The position numbers and the translations under genes were made by a program. Under the pieces are notes generated by a model that was given only the letters and a program-made list of their open reading frames with translations, had not been told where the DNA came from and did no database searches. Positions 24,991 to 38,114 of a DNA stretch of 64,000 bases are shown piece after piece. The stretch's first letter is position 1, and every line of letters starts with the position of its first letter. Origin of the DNA: Eledone cirrhosa (lineage: Eukaryota); contig OZ024740.1 of the NCBI GenBank assembly GCA_964016885.1, positions 282,038,001-282,102,000 of the forward strand, given 5' to 3'.

Positions 24991-26277
24991 AACAAACAAA
25001 CAAACACACACATCCACACATGCGCACGCGCTCACACACATACATATATGTACACAGAAGTACTAATATTTATTACGCTCACCATACTGTCATTTAGGTA
25101 CAAATGTTTCTTCGGCTTTTTATTTCAGGTTTTTCTGAAACACACCCAAAACATTCAGCCTATATTCACATCATTCTGTAATGATTATGTTCTTTTCCTT
25201 AAAGAGGAAAAGGGTTCCAAAAAGGAAGCGCCAGAAAGGCCACACAGAAAGTGTATTAAATATAACGGGCGAGACAATTTAAACATAGTAAAAGTAAATT
25301 AAGGGAGGTAATTTTGTATTTAAAAACAATCCATGAAAACTGCTTGTGCGAAAATAAAGGAGGCTAACAGTTGTAGTGTCCGTATGAGATTAAAAATGAA
25401 AATAGTAATGAGTTTGGAGAGGAGAGTCCATGTGAAAGTGGATCGATGATATCGGTGACCAGTGAGTGGGATTCGTGGTAACAGAGTCCCTTTATTCTGC
25501 CAAAGGCGTATTTTTCTAGTTCGTTAAAATGAATTTGTGGATGTTTGTGCAGCGATTGAAAAAATCTGCCTTCGTCTGAACACGATGTTAAATTTCTTAT
25601 TTAATAACGTATCTAATAACGCATGCAAGAATACCACAGCGACTAACATTTTAACGCTTTCAAAGTGTAAGAGAGACAACTCTAGACATGTTTTCAATTT
25701 ATTGGACTTATTTTATTGGACGCTTTCTCGTATACATTGTTTCATATCCACTTAGGGATTCTCTTATGACTAGCCCTGAGGGTATAGTAAAGTCCCAGGG
25801 AGACGTCAATGCCTCCGGAGTTGTATCCGAATTAGGTAGGTATGATTAGAAAAAAATATTAGTTACTTAGCGAATGTTGTATTTTCTTCGCCGCATAAGT
25901 TTATTTATTCACCTTTATGATACTTAGTGCATTAATATTTCGAGACTAGATTGGGGATGGCATCTCTGAGTAATTTCCAGGGAATTATATTATTTATTAG
26001 CATTTAGAACATTTGATTCAGTATTCCAATTGAAGTTAATCTTATTTTAACTAAATATTTTGTGCCAGAGTTTGCAATTTATTGGACTTCTTTTTGTTTT
26101 AAAATATGTAATCTTCACGCTTTCTCGTGTACATTGTTGCACATCTACTTAGTGATTCTCTTATGACTAACCCTGAGGGTATAGTAAAGTCCCAGGGAGA
26201 CGAAATTTATATTTAATTTCAATGTATAAATGTCAAAACTAAAATTTATAAACACAAAACTAAAATTTATTTTTCAG

Positions 26278-26349
26278 GTACTAATCAGTCTGGTTTTTAC
26301 GGTGCTACAGAAAATCCTCAGTTTTTGACCCCCCGAGCGAAGTCTCCAG
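26278..26349 (+). CDS. MFSD6: MFSD6-like tail exon (72 nt, phase 1-1)
   Basis: ttttcAG|...CAG|GTaatt; open in the required frame: GTNQSGFYGATENPQFLTPRAKSP. Confidence 0.75.
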
Positions 26350-27146
26350 GTAATTGTTTTAAATATAAACAGATATGATTCAATGAAGAGAAGGACTACA
26401 AAAATGGAGAAGAAAAAACAGTATTTGTTATAATCTTTCGATCATTCTTTTCTCATCTTCATTTTCTATTTAGATATACCATCTGTGATATACCATCAGC
26501 TGCTACGCTGATTAAAAATCCCCCGTTAACTCAAATAGTTTCTACGTTTCTCTGGATAGAACTTGAATGCAAACATGTATAACTTCGATTCCAATAAGAG
26601 TGTTTCTACAGTATTAATCCTATTCAATTACATGGTGTCGAGCTTCTATTTGTAACAGGGCGAATCGGTTGTTTTTTTCATATGAAGTCATTTGTTGTGA
26701 CATGTATTGTCTCTGCATGAGGGAAAGAGGCGAACATATGTATATGTACTTGTTTGTCTATAATGGCCGCTTATAATGCCGGCTTCTCTATAAAAAATAC
26801 AAAATTTTAGTGTAAGATTTGTTGTTTATCAAATTTGGTACAAATTATCTTATGCAAAACGCTGTGTTTAAGAAATATTTTTTGTGTTAGAACAAGTTGT
26901 TTGAATTACATTACAGCGTTGAAATAAACATATAAATAGAAGTTTACTATTTAATGCTGAGATTACTCTCTGTTAATACACAAAGAGTAATTTCAACACC
27001 ACTCTATGTATATTGAATACATTTGCCTCTTGTTTGTAAACTCGAACGCGCACACACACACATATACATACACAAATACTAACACACACACACACACTTA
27101 CAAACACACAAGTACACACACACACATATATATATATATAAATTAT

Positions 27147-27262
27147 ATTAATTGTTTCTACATTTGGCACAAGGCCAGCAATTAACCAGTACATTACTGG
27201 TACTTTATTTCATTGACCCCGTAAGGATGAAAGGCAAAGTTAACATTGACAGGATTTGAATT
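27147..27262 (-). mobile_element. Truncated Nin-domain SINE
   Basis: Reverse complement of the SINE 3' half. Confidence 0.85.
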
Positions 27263-27864
27263 ATATAAATCTAAACAATAATAAAGTAAGGAGTGCGAGA
27301 CTGCGTACGGTTTATAATTTTTTATCCCATTAGTAAAATAAGTTGGATTACTTTGAATAAATAATGAATGAATATTACATAATTTATCTACTAAATTTCC
27401 TGGCTGTTCATTAAATATATTTTATTATTTACTTAAAGATTCACTTCTTTAACATTTTCAAATGTCAATACTTCCGGTGGCGATCGCTTAAAGAAACATA
27501 TTAATTTTCTGTCACTAATTTTCTCCTAATGCAGTTTATATATAATATCGTCTTTTTTAATGTATCATGGATTACGTTACTGATTACATAAAACAGTTAC
27601 ACAGTCTTCGTTCAATTTCTGTGTATATTTGTCAATTACGATTTTATTTGATGTATCATATCTACATGTATATATACTTGCGTATAATATCAATATACAC
27701 ACTACACATGCTAGCAGAAAAGCACCCTAAGGGTGTTTTTTTTCTGCTAGTTATATTAATGATGACTGTGTTCATAAATATTTATTATTTAATTAATTAC
27801 GCTTTTGGCGAATGAACATTATGGAAATTAGACTAGCCATTTATAAAATATACAACTGGAGACC

Positions 27865-28605
<741 letters not shown>

Positions 28606-28873
28606 AAATATATATAAGAAAAAAAATCAGAACAAAAAAAACAATTCATTTCGACAAACAAAGAGAAAAGAAATTAATGGTGTAGAAAGAAAAATTATGA
28701 TTCAGTTGTGAGTAACAGTTATAATTACAACTTCATATAAAATAGAATAATAAAATTAGGATGACTTAATGGTTGATACATTGTTGGTATTGCTTTTAGA
28801 AGCTTTCTACACCAGAATGTTCAAATGTTCAGATAATTTATATTTCACTGTTGGATTTCAATGATGAAGGGTA

Positions 28874-29443
28874 AATAATTGTTTCTACTTTTGGCACAAG
28901 GCCAGCAATTATACAGAGTAAATAATGATTTCTAGTATAGGCACAAGGCCGATTAAATTGACCCTAGTACATTACTGGTGTTTTATTTTATCGACCCCAT
29001 AAGGATGAAAGGCAAAGTTAACCTCGACGAGATTTGAACTCAGATCATAAAGTTCAAAAGGCACAAGGCCAGTAATTTTTTTGGGGGGATCGATTAGATC
29101 GACCCCAGTACGTTACTGGTGCTTTATTTTCCGTAAAGATGAAAGGCAAAGTTAACATCGGCGAGATTTGAACTCAGACCGTAAAAGGACCGTAACTCTA
29201 TGCTCCAAATCATGGTGTCTGACGCTTTACCGATACTGTCAATCCACCGCCCTTAATGGAAGGTAAATAATTGTTTCTACTTTTGGCACAAGGCCAGACT
29301 GGTACTTTATTTTATCGACCCCGTAAGGATGAAAGGCAAAGTTTACCTCGGTGGGATTTGAACTCAAACGATAAAGGACTGTAACTCTATGCTGCAAAGC
29401 ATGGTGTCCAACTCTCTACCGATACTGCCAATCCACCATCTAA
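28874..29443 (-). mobile_element. Head-to-tail cluster of Nin-domain SINE copies and fragments
   Basis: Three core domains and several 3' ends; recurrent spacer AATGGAAGGTAAATAAT. Confidence 0.85.
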
Positions 29444-29459
29444 TGGAAGGTAAATAATG

Positions 29460-29810
29460 AGTCTTGTAAATATATACATATGCACCAGGTCCGAACAGAA
29501 TGGAACCAAACTCCATCCGTCACTGCCTCCGTCTCTCCTACTCTCCGAATCTCTCACTATTATAAACAAGAGGAGGGCCCACGTGCTGGCCGCCCGGTGG
29601 AGAGAAAAGAGAAGGCGTTTTCCGGGAGGATGGTGAGGGAAACGCGGTAGAAGGAAATGTGTGGATGCTGACCCACTTTCCATTTCGGTGATGAGTGCTC
29701 CAGTTGTTTGACCAGCGCTATAGCCTGCCTGTTCATGAAATCAACGGGCAAGAGGCTGAGCATTTCACAGATGCATGTAGCTTGAACGTAGTTAAAGAGA
29801 TTCACATGCG
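29460..29810 (-). mobile_element. CRE-like non-LTR 3' end, degenerate; followed by a SINE at about 29815-29985 (-)
   Basis: SFYRVSLTILPENAFS and 3' UTR similarity to 10085-10540. Confidence 0.5.
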
Positions 29811-30615
29811 AGTATAATGGTTTCTAATTTAGGCACAAGACAAATTTGGTACTTTATTTTATCTACCTCGTAAGGATGAAAGGAAAGCTAACCTCGGTGG
29901 GATTTCAACTCAGAACACGTAGGGCCGTAACTCAATACCATAAAGCATGTTATCTAACGCTCTACCGATACTGCCAATCCATGTTATACGTTGTGATCAT
30001 TAGAAGTGTTGTATGAAGGCTGCGAAAAACTGGTGATATAGTTGAATAGAAGTGGGATGAATAATGAAACTGTGGTAAACAAAAGAAAATAACATGGCAA
30101 AAGGAAACTGGCGAAATATTTGATAGGCAAACATAAATATGTCTAATTGATATGTGATTATTTTAGTTCCGGTTGTCCTAAGCACATTGTAAGATATCGC
30201 AAGACAACATTTTATCAAGGAGATGCAAAAAGATCAAACAGGATGCCAAGACAAGGATGTCAGGCCACTGTTCGTTCATTCGCTAATAAAACCGGAAAAA
30301 AAAAAAAATTATTTTTTAGATACATAAAAATATAAGCACAAATATACATAAACACACACGTATATATACATGCATGCATGCATACATGCATACATGCATA
30401 CATGCATACATATATCACATACATACATAGATACATACATCACATACATACGTACGTACATAAATACACACATACATATATACACACATTCGTTTGAATT
30501 TGTCATGAAAGATGTTCCAGATGATTCGAAACAAAGGAAACAGTTCTAGTCCAATATAAGTCATTTATATAATTATAATAATAATAATAATAATAATATT
30601 AATAATAATAATAAA

Positions 30616-30805
30616 TAATTGTTTCTACTTTAAGCACAAGGCCAGCAATAAACCAGTTCATTACTGGTACTTTATTTTATCGACCCCGTAAGGATGAAAG
30701 GCAAAGTCAACCTCGGCGGGATTTGAACTCAGATCGTAAAGGGACGTAACTATGCTGGAAAGCATGGCGTCCGACCCTCTACCGATACTGCCAATCCACC
30801 GCCCT
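30616..30805 (-). mobile_element. Full-length Nin-domain SINE in an (AAT)n tract
   Basis: Consensus-like copy abutting a Tx1 3' fragment in the same tract and orientation. Confidence 0.9.
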
Positions 30806-30820
30806 TTAATAATAATAAAT

Positions 30821-31359
30821 AATGATTTCTTTATTAACCACAAGGGTTGACACAAAGTATAACATTAAGGACAACACAGGACAATACAAATGGGCATTTC
30901 TCCGTTTAAAAGAAGACAAATCAGTGTGACAAGAGGAAACAATGAAAAATTCCCAATAGGGGGAAGACCTCTGAGGGTTGCTCGTGGATAAAGCCCACAA
31001 GAAAAGCCATGGTTACCCTGACTGCTAGAGCAAGTGCCCTCTTCCAGTTTTTCTCCTACGATGCTACAGGCACACCCTCAGGGTAGGCCCATTCACACGG
31101 GCCATTCTTGTCTGTCTCACCCACCTTTCAACAAACTGTCTGGAAGTCAGCACTTCCCTCTCCACCCTGATTTTCCTTTTCAGGTGAAACCTGAAAAAGT
31201 TAATGAGGGCGTCACCGAAGAGGAGAGTACCCGTCTACAACCCTTTCAGACCGTGTCCACCATACGATCTCTTTTACCATGGCCACCAGGCAGATAAAAA
31301 CTGCTGGCCTTTCCCGGCTAAAGGAGGGGGCCGGGGCAAGCCTCACAATGGATCCGTCC
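30821..31359 (-). mobile_element. 5'-truncated L1/Tx1 LINE fragment
   Basis: Homologous to the 3' UTR and ORF2 C-terminus of the element at 45934-51966. Confidence 0.88.
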
Positions 31360-31508
31360 TATATATATATATATATATATATATAGGAAACGAGTCGGGA
31401 CCCCATTCTGGGGCCCCGAATCTTTTCCTATTACCCACTCTACTACCCTAAGTATCGAGTACTCTGGTACATTATGGTCTACCTGGTTCCTTATAACACT
31501 TCCTTCGT

Positions 31509-31554
<46 letters not shown>

Positions 31555-31586
31555 TACATACGCACACAAACACACACACACACGCG

Positions 31587-31634
<48 letters not shown>

Positions 31635-31687
31635 CAATAATAATAATACAAGGACGAATGGTTACTCCTTTATTACGTTTATTGGTT

Positions 31688-31772
31688 GGTGACGCGCGTT
31701 ATGCTACTGAACAGTTCAAGGTTCGATCTGTATCGATCTGGCCCAACTCTGGAACCAAAAGCTCGTCAGACC
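31688..31772 (-). ncRNA. Decayed type I hammerhead (GAAA changed to ATAA)
   Basis: Minus strand: GGT-CTGACGA-GCT...AGC-ATAAC GCGC GTC-ACC; palindromic loop GCGC. Confidence 0.6.
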
Positions 31773-31804
31773 TCTGTATATATATATGAATATAAATGTA
31801 TTAC

Positions 31805-32639
31805 AGTTTACAGGGAAATTCGTATTTTCTGTACGTTTACATGTCTATATATTAAAAAAGTGTATATTTATATATACATTGACGCAGTCTCGGTTACCCA
31901 CTCTGTATATATGCAGATATAACTTTAACGTAGAATTCGGCTGTTTGGTGCATTCCTTAATATATATCTTAATTAATTACCAACACGTGCTATAATGATA
32001 TGCAAATTAGTAGTCTATTTCTAAATACCACTATGAACGAATAGGTATACAACCCCATCAAATACGTGTTTTCTTGTAGTTGTTTAGATGATATACACAC
32101 CATCTGATGAAGACCTAAACAAGTCCCAAAGTCGTTTAAATGTGTTTAACATGTTTTCACAAGGAAATTCGAATTTATGGAATGGTTACATGTCTATGTA
32201 TTAAAGTTGTTTATATTTATATACACATTGACGCAATTTCGACTACCCACTCTGTATATTTAAAGTCTGTCTCGAGCCAGAAGTCTCATCAGGCCGGTGC
32301 TATCCCGATTTCCGTAGCGTGAAGCAACTGAGAGTACTAGACTATTCCTGGACAGAACGCTAGTCTATCGCACGGTTAAACCCCCAGCTGTTGCTGGTAC
32401 TCATTTTCAGCTGAGTATACTGGAGCAACATGAGATAAAGTGTTTTGCACAAGAACAAAACATACATCCCAGTACAGGAAACGAACCCACAACGTTAAGA
32501 TCATAAGTCCAACACCCGTACCACTAAGTCATGCGCTTCAACCATGTAAACATAATTGGAAAATTTATACATAAATATATAATTTAATATATATACAGAT
32601 ATAACTTTATTGTACACCTCGACTGCTTGTCGCTTATCG

Positions 32640-32640
<1 letters not shown>
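31805..32640 (+). mobile_element. pLTR/retrozyme-like partial tandem (about 350-nt unit) with a decayed HHR at 32095-32146
   Basis: About 31810-31926 is repeated at 32160-32260 plus 32590-32608; CTGATGA-AGAC...GTC-C-CAAA (G12 changed to C). Confidence 0.55.
32263..32541 (-). mobile_element. tRNA-headed Meta/V-domain-like SINE
   Basis: Minus-strand head CTTAGTGGT...GGGTTCGTTTCC followed by GTTCTTGTGCAAAACACTTTATCTC...CAGCTGAAAATGAGTACCAGC; it interrupts the tandem unit. Confidence 0.55.
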
Positions 32641-32676
<36 letters not shown>

Positions 32677-32677
32677 G

Positions 32678-32801
<124 letters not shown>

Positions 32802-33268
32802 TTGTTTATATGTATAATTGTGCTTAAATATACTTCTAGAATATGGATATAATATTAGTGGTGTAATTTATTCAGATATTCTCTAGATAAAATCAAATTT
32901 TCTAATAACTGGAGGTTGGTGTGCATGCATCTAAATAGATTTATAACTCGAGATTCTTATCAGTGTTAGTTATTAAACTTCTTTGTCTATCGGTAAATAT
33001 TATGATAATGTTTGTACTTTTTACCGAAGTATTTCGAAATGCCAAACTGTTTACATTTTCAGAAGATAGTTACACACGTAGGTTAATATCTTTAATTCGC
33101 TCAGTATATAAAACATATATTCCTTCACGTACTAAGAGTACTATTAGATTTTTTGAACAACTCGACTTTACTATGATTAAATGACATTTCTGTTGTATTT
33201 GTCAAATAACATGCATAAATGAAGGCAACACATGCTTGTATGAATACATAATAAAAATATATTTTCAG

Positions 33269-33402
33269 CAATGTATGATGAACAAGATTCGGGCGTTTCA
33301 AGTGGTAATCCTTTCCTTAGAGGTGGAAATCAAAGATATCAGCCTGATCCAGTCTCAAGAGAGAACTATGGCGGGTACCGTGGTGGAAATCCATTCAATG
33401 AT
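33269..33402 (+). CDS. MFSD6: MFSD6-like tail exon (phase 1-0) with two GNPF motifs
   Basis: ttttcAG|...|GTatgt; 134 nt; AMYDEQDSGVSSGNPFLRGGNQRYQPDPVSRENYGGYRGGNPFND; phases fit both neighbouring exons. Confidence 0.75.
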
Positions 33403-33569
33403 GTATGTATTGCTTTAAATATTATTTTACCTTTTAGTCGTGATTGGGAGCATAGAGCTCATGATCCTTTACTGGGTTTCTGAAACTAGTGGGAAGGAAG
33501 ATGGTATCCTCAAACCCCAAACATGGCCAGAATGTTTGCAAAAGAATGGACTCTGTTGAAGGTACCCAA

Positions 33570-34200
33570 GGGCAAGGTTGTGGTATTAGCGATTTCAAAA
33601 ATAAAATTTACTACACTCCTCCTCTATCTCTACCCAAATCATCCAAGAACCAAACTAGAAAAATAACCTGGTTATAACCTCTTTTACATTAAACGTTAAG
33701 ACTAACAAAAATATGAGATTCCTATATCTGAGAGATAAGAATATCTCACCGCAACCGCAACACTGCCGACGTTCTGTTCAAATAAGCTACTCCAGTATCC
33801 CAAGGAAACTCAATGCAGAAAAAGAATGAATGTTCGTTGAAACAGTCATGTAACATCCTGTTGGCTGTGTATGAAGCCGAAGTTGCCTGGGGTACATCTA
33901 TCAAGTAGTTGGCAGAAAACATTATTTAGGACTTACTGTAGTCAGTAATGTAAACATATGTACTACTTACATGTCTTATTCAAAAGGCATTCAGATATGA
34001 GAAAGTTCACGGCTTTAGCGAATTACATATGCGCATTGAAATACAGAAAAAAACATGCTACAATATAAAAGGAGGGATCCTCGAAACATCCAAAGACTAC
34101 ATTAGTGAAAATATGTGATGTGAACTTTGCATCAGCAAAAATTAGATTATTCTTTAACTGAAATCTTCCACTGAATATGTCTATTCCATGAGTGAAATTC
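33570..34200 (+). pseudogene. Highly decayed Naiad-type PLE coding remnants
   Basis: RKITWL*PLFTLNVKTN resembles the RKIxWFNPPFSxNVKTN linker; a CELCI motif lies near 34120. Confidence 0.4.
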
Positions 34201-34758
34201 TTCCATGTTATCCTCACTTTAGAAAATATCTACTTACTGCTTGGATATAATATTATCCATACCACCAACCATATCAGTAGACGGCCCAACGCTGATTGAT
34301 AATTTCTTTCAATCCATTATAAAGTTATATATGATCTTCAACTATATGCCTGTCACTACCAAATTATTTATATAACAAAGAGCCCCCAAGAAAAAGATTC
34401 TGGTCAAATATCTATTCCATAGTTCGGATCTATTGTGATTGATACCAGTTTCTAAACTTCTTCAAGGTTAGATATAATCCTTTAAAACTATCTTCTTCAA
34501 AATATGTAACTCACTATCTAAACATTTACATTACACGCAGTTGTAATAAAGACAGCAACATAACAATATAAAACAGAAACATTGTCACGAGTGGTTTCTT
34601 TTCAACCTCTGCTCACAGATAACGTATAGGTCTTGTAATTCCACTCAATTTATCAACCAGCTGTTTCTAAACAGCTTATGGCTTGATACACTGCATTAAT
34701 GATCTGAATCAGCTAATGTGAGTGATATCGTTATTATGTAATTATGTAACTATATATG

Positions 34759-34799
<41 letters not shown>

Positions 34800-34806
<7 letters not shown>

Positions 34807-35779
34807 ATGTTGAAAAGGTAACACATCAGAGAGAGATATACAGTGCGCTATCAATAAAACAGGGAAAAAAACCCACCAGTGTATGGAATCTAAAACATAT
34901 GAAAGGCAGACTATAGACACGATAATTAAAAATATAAAGTAAAGCGTAAATAAATACCTCTATAACTATATAACACACGTACAAATTCAAAGATACTAAT
35001 CCAAAGATATGTTTCACCAGTAATTTGTTGAAAGAAATGGATTAGCCTCGGTTCATCACCGTGTGTAAGGCTATACATTTCAGACAACAGTAAGAGAATT
35101 TTAAAAGTGGCTGTCCAGCTACACGTGGGAGAGAGAAGTCACAGCGTGTTTAAGGGCAGTGAACCAGTGGCCTCTTAGTGACGAACTGCTAGAAAGGGCA
35201 GCCCCAAAACCACTCAGAGAAGTGTGCTCAACCAAACAGAGAGATAGGAAAGACTGCTATAAGGAGCGAAATATCACGATAAATTAGCGGAGCCATAGAC
35301 CCTCGCCATTACCTGTAAATAATGTGCTCAAAGGAGAAGAAATCCTGAGCTCTTTAAAATACAATATGTTGAAAAGGTAACACACCAGAGAGAGATATAC
35401 AGTGCGCTATCAATAAAACAGGGAAAAAACCCACCAGTGTATGGAATTTATAACCTATGAAAGGCAGACTATAATTAAAAATATAAATTAAAGCGTAAAT
35501 AAATACCTCTATAACTATATAACACACGTACAAATCCAAAGATACTAATCCAAAGATATGTTTCACCAGTAATTTGTTGAAAGAAATGGGTTATACTCGG
35601 TTCATCAGCGTGTGTAAGGCTATACATTTCTGACAACTGTTTTATCGATAGCGCACTGTATATCTCTCTCTGGTGTGTTACCTTTTCAACATATTCTATT
35701 TTAAAGAGCTCAGGATTTCTTCTCCTTTGAGCACATTATTTACAGGTAATGGCGAGGGTCTATGCCTCCGTTAATTTAT

Positions 35780-35787
<8 letters not shown>
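34800..35787 (-). mobile_element. (TA)n-flanked 1.5-mer of a 559-bp unit plus a 150-bp inverted terminal copy
   Basis: 34800-35087 is repeated at 35359-35637; 35637-35787 is the reverse complement of 35271-35421; degenerate HHR-like motifs on the minus strand. Confidence 0.8.
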
Positions 35788-35841
<54 letters not shown>

Positions 35842-35843
<2 letters not shown>

Positions 35844-37197
35844 GATAACAAGTTATCGTTTTAGGTAATCCAGTTAGAGGTTGTGAGTACTCTGTACTAT
35901 GGATAGTTTTAACGTACGGCATTGTTCGACTCAACAAGAGGTTTCATTAGTTAGGTGGCGAGTTCGCGAGAATTCTCATGCAGGTTATTCTTGGAGTAAT
36001 AGTAGTGAAAGAATAACATGGTCGGCTGTACAAAAAGGATTTTATTTATAGTATTAACAATTGTTTCATTGATCAGGTGAGTCTAAAAGCCGCGAATCAC
36101 TCGAAGTTGAGTCACTCGACCTTAAATACAGTGTGTGTCTCTAATCAAATCATCGGAATACTTGAGGGTTTAACACAGGGCATTGGTATTTATAGATACA
36201 TCGGAGAATCAAAACAAAAACATCAATAATAAAAGATATTAAAAGATAATAATAAAGAAGTTAGAATAAAGATGATAAAGATGTAAGAAATAAGTACAGA
36301 ATACGATTGCTGATAATAGTCGTGGTGGTGGTGGTAGTTGAAGTTACAGTGGAGAGTAAGTGGATGTGTAAAGTAGTGATGACGGTAGAGATAACAATGA
36401 TATGAAAAGGAACATTAAATACATATGTAGTGATCAAATCCCAGAGGATTAGAATAAAAAAATTTAGAAATAAAAAAAAATAAAAATAACAGATAAAAGA
36501 TAAAAAATAATAAATAAAAGTTAAGTGAGAGGGGAAGAGATAAGGGACAGGAGACAGAGAGTGGGGATGAGGATACGAAGATGAAACATAAGGGGTAGGG
36601 CTAAGGACGGTGAAGGAGTAGATAGATAGGTAATAAAAAGTGAAGGGGCAGTGATGATACACGGGTAGTTAATGTCTGGCAGACTGATTGTTTTATCTTA
36701 ATGGAGGTGATGTGGCTATAGAGAGAGAGAGAGTTAAAGAAAGGTTGGGAGATTTATGATATTGATTTAATGACCAGTTGGTCAGTTGACAGCTAATAAC
36801 AGTCGGTGGTGTGTAGCTACTACATTAAAACCTGGGTGATTCTGCTCGAATTCTGAGATTGCTGGATAGAATCATGTCGGTTTGAAGTTAAAGATCTTGG
36901 TAGCTGCTTTGTGTCTACAGAAAATTGATCGTTCTATTTTGTTGTTAAGCAGCATTTTATCATACTTTAAAATATGGAGCAGCTCCATATTGCAAAGTCC
37001 GCGGTGGGACATTCCATTATTGAAGGCCCTTGCACTTGATAATTTCGACCAGCTAACTCCATATTCCTGGTTGGTGTCCTTAAGCTGCCAGGTCGAGTGA
37101 CGCAACTTCGAGTGATTAGCGGTCAATGAAACAATTGTTAATACTATAAATAAAACCCTTTTTGTACAGCCGACAATGTTATTCTTCACTCTTTCAC

Positions 37198-37201
<4 letters not shown>
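35842..37201 (-). mobile_element. 5'-truncated Naiad-type Penelope-like element with an inverted pLTR
   Basis: Minus-strand WQLKDTNQEYGVSW...LCNMELLHIL...LLNNKIERSIFCRH (GIY-YIG C-terminus, 36872-37089); 37090-37201 is an inverted copy of about 36000-36122; flanked by (TA)n. Confidence 0.85.
36050..36162 (-). ncRNA. Type I hammerhead, CCGAUGA core variant with long stem II
   Basis: Minus strand: AGTATT-CCGATGA-T TTGATTAG...CTGATCAA T-GAAAC AATT GTT-AATACT. Confidence 0.8.
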
Positions 37202-37232
<31 letters not shown>

Positions 37233-37243
37233 TATATATATAT

Positions 37244-38114
37244 AAATATAAATTAGCGAGAATCGTATTTCGGCTTTGGAAATTAGCGAAAAACAACTTC
37301 CGAGATATGTGGCAAGCGCTCAATAATTCTAACGAACCAGAGCTACAACATACGTTAAAAGGCCAAACACACTGAGACGCACAGCCATAGAAACGACCAA
37401 GTAATTCGGGTCAAACAAATAAAAAAGTATGATTGAAAAATTTACCCGGACCCCTGGATGATTGGTAAAAATCCAGCATTTGGGTTTCTGCGACTTCTAA
37501 ATCAAGTACTGTCCGCTTACACAACTAATGTTAGGCTTCTGGTAAGATGATTGAACATGGAAGTCACTTTCTCAACAGGCTTTTAGTTCAAGTGCCAGGC
37601 CAAGGATTGACCATTGCCAATACCCACGTGGGGCTCGACAAGGGAGGCAACCTTTATTTTTGGCGGATGAATTCAGTATATGTATATTATTGCAAAATTG
37701 CAAAATATCACAAAACGAATTAAGTTCTCAACAGAATGGTTTTAAAGTTAACAAAAGCTATTCATCAGTCAATAGAATCAACTAAAAAAATCAAGAAAAT
37801 TAACTGGTCAATAGCTAGACTCTGGAGATTAATACAAATATAAATTAGCGAGAATCGTATTTCGGCTTTGGAAATTAGCGAAAAACAACTTCCGATGTGT
37901 GGCAAGCGCTCAATAATTCTAACAAACCAGAGCTACAACATACGTTAAAAGGCCAAACACACTGAGACGATGGTTAAACCATTATCCGCACAGCCATAGA
38001 AACGACCAAGTAATTCGGGTCAAACAAATAAAAAAATATGGTTGAAAAATTTATCCGGACCCCTGGATGGTTGGTAAAAATCCACCATTTGGGTTTCTGC
38101 GACTCCTAAATCAA
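37244..38114. repeat. (TA)n-flanked partial tandem with a unit of about 590 bp
   Basis: About 37244-37504 is repeated at 37836-38114 with a small indel. Confidence 0.85.

Noticed and set aside
28874-29443. CRISPR-like or satellite array
   Set aside because: The units are SINE copies and fragments of uneven length in eukaryotic DNA, with no repeat-spacer regularity.
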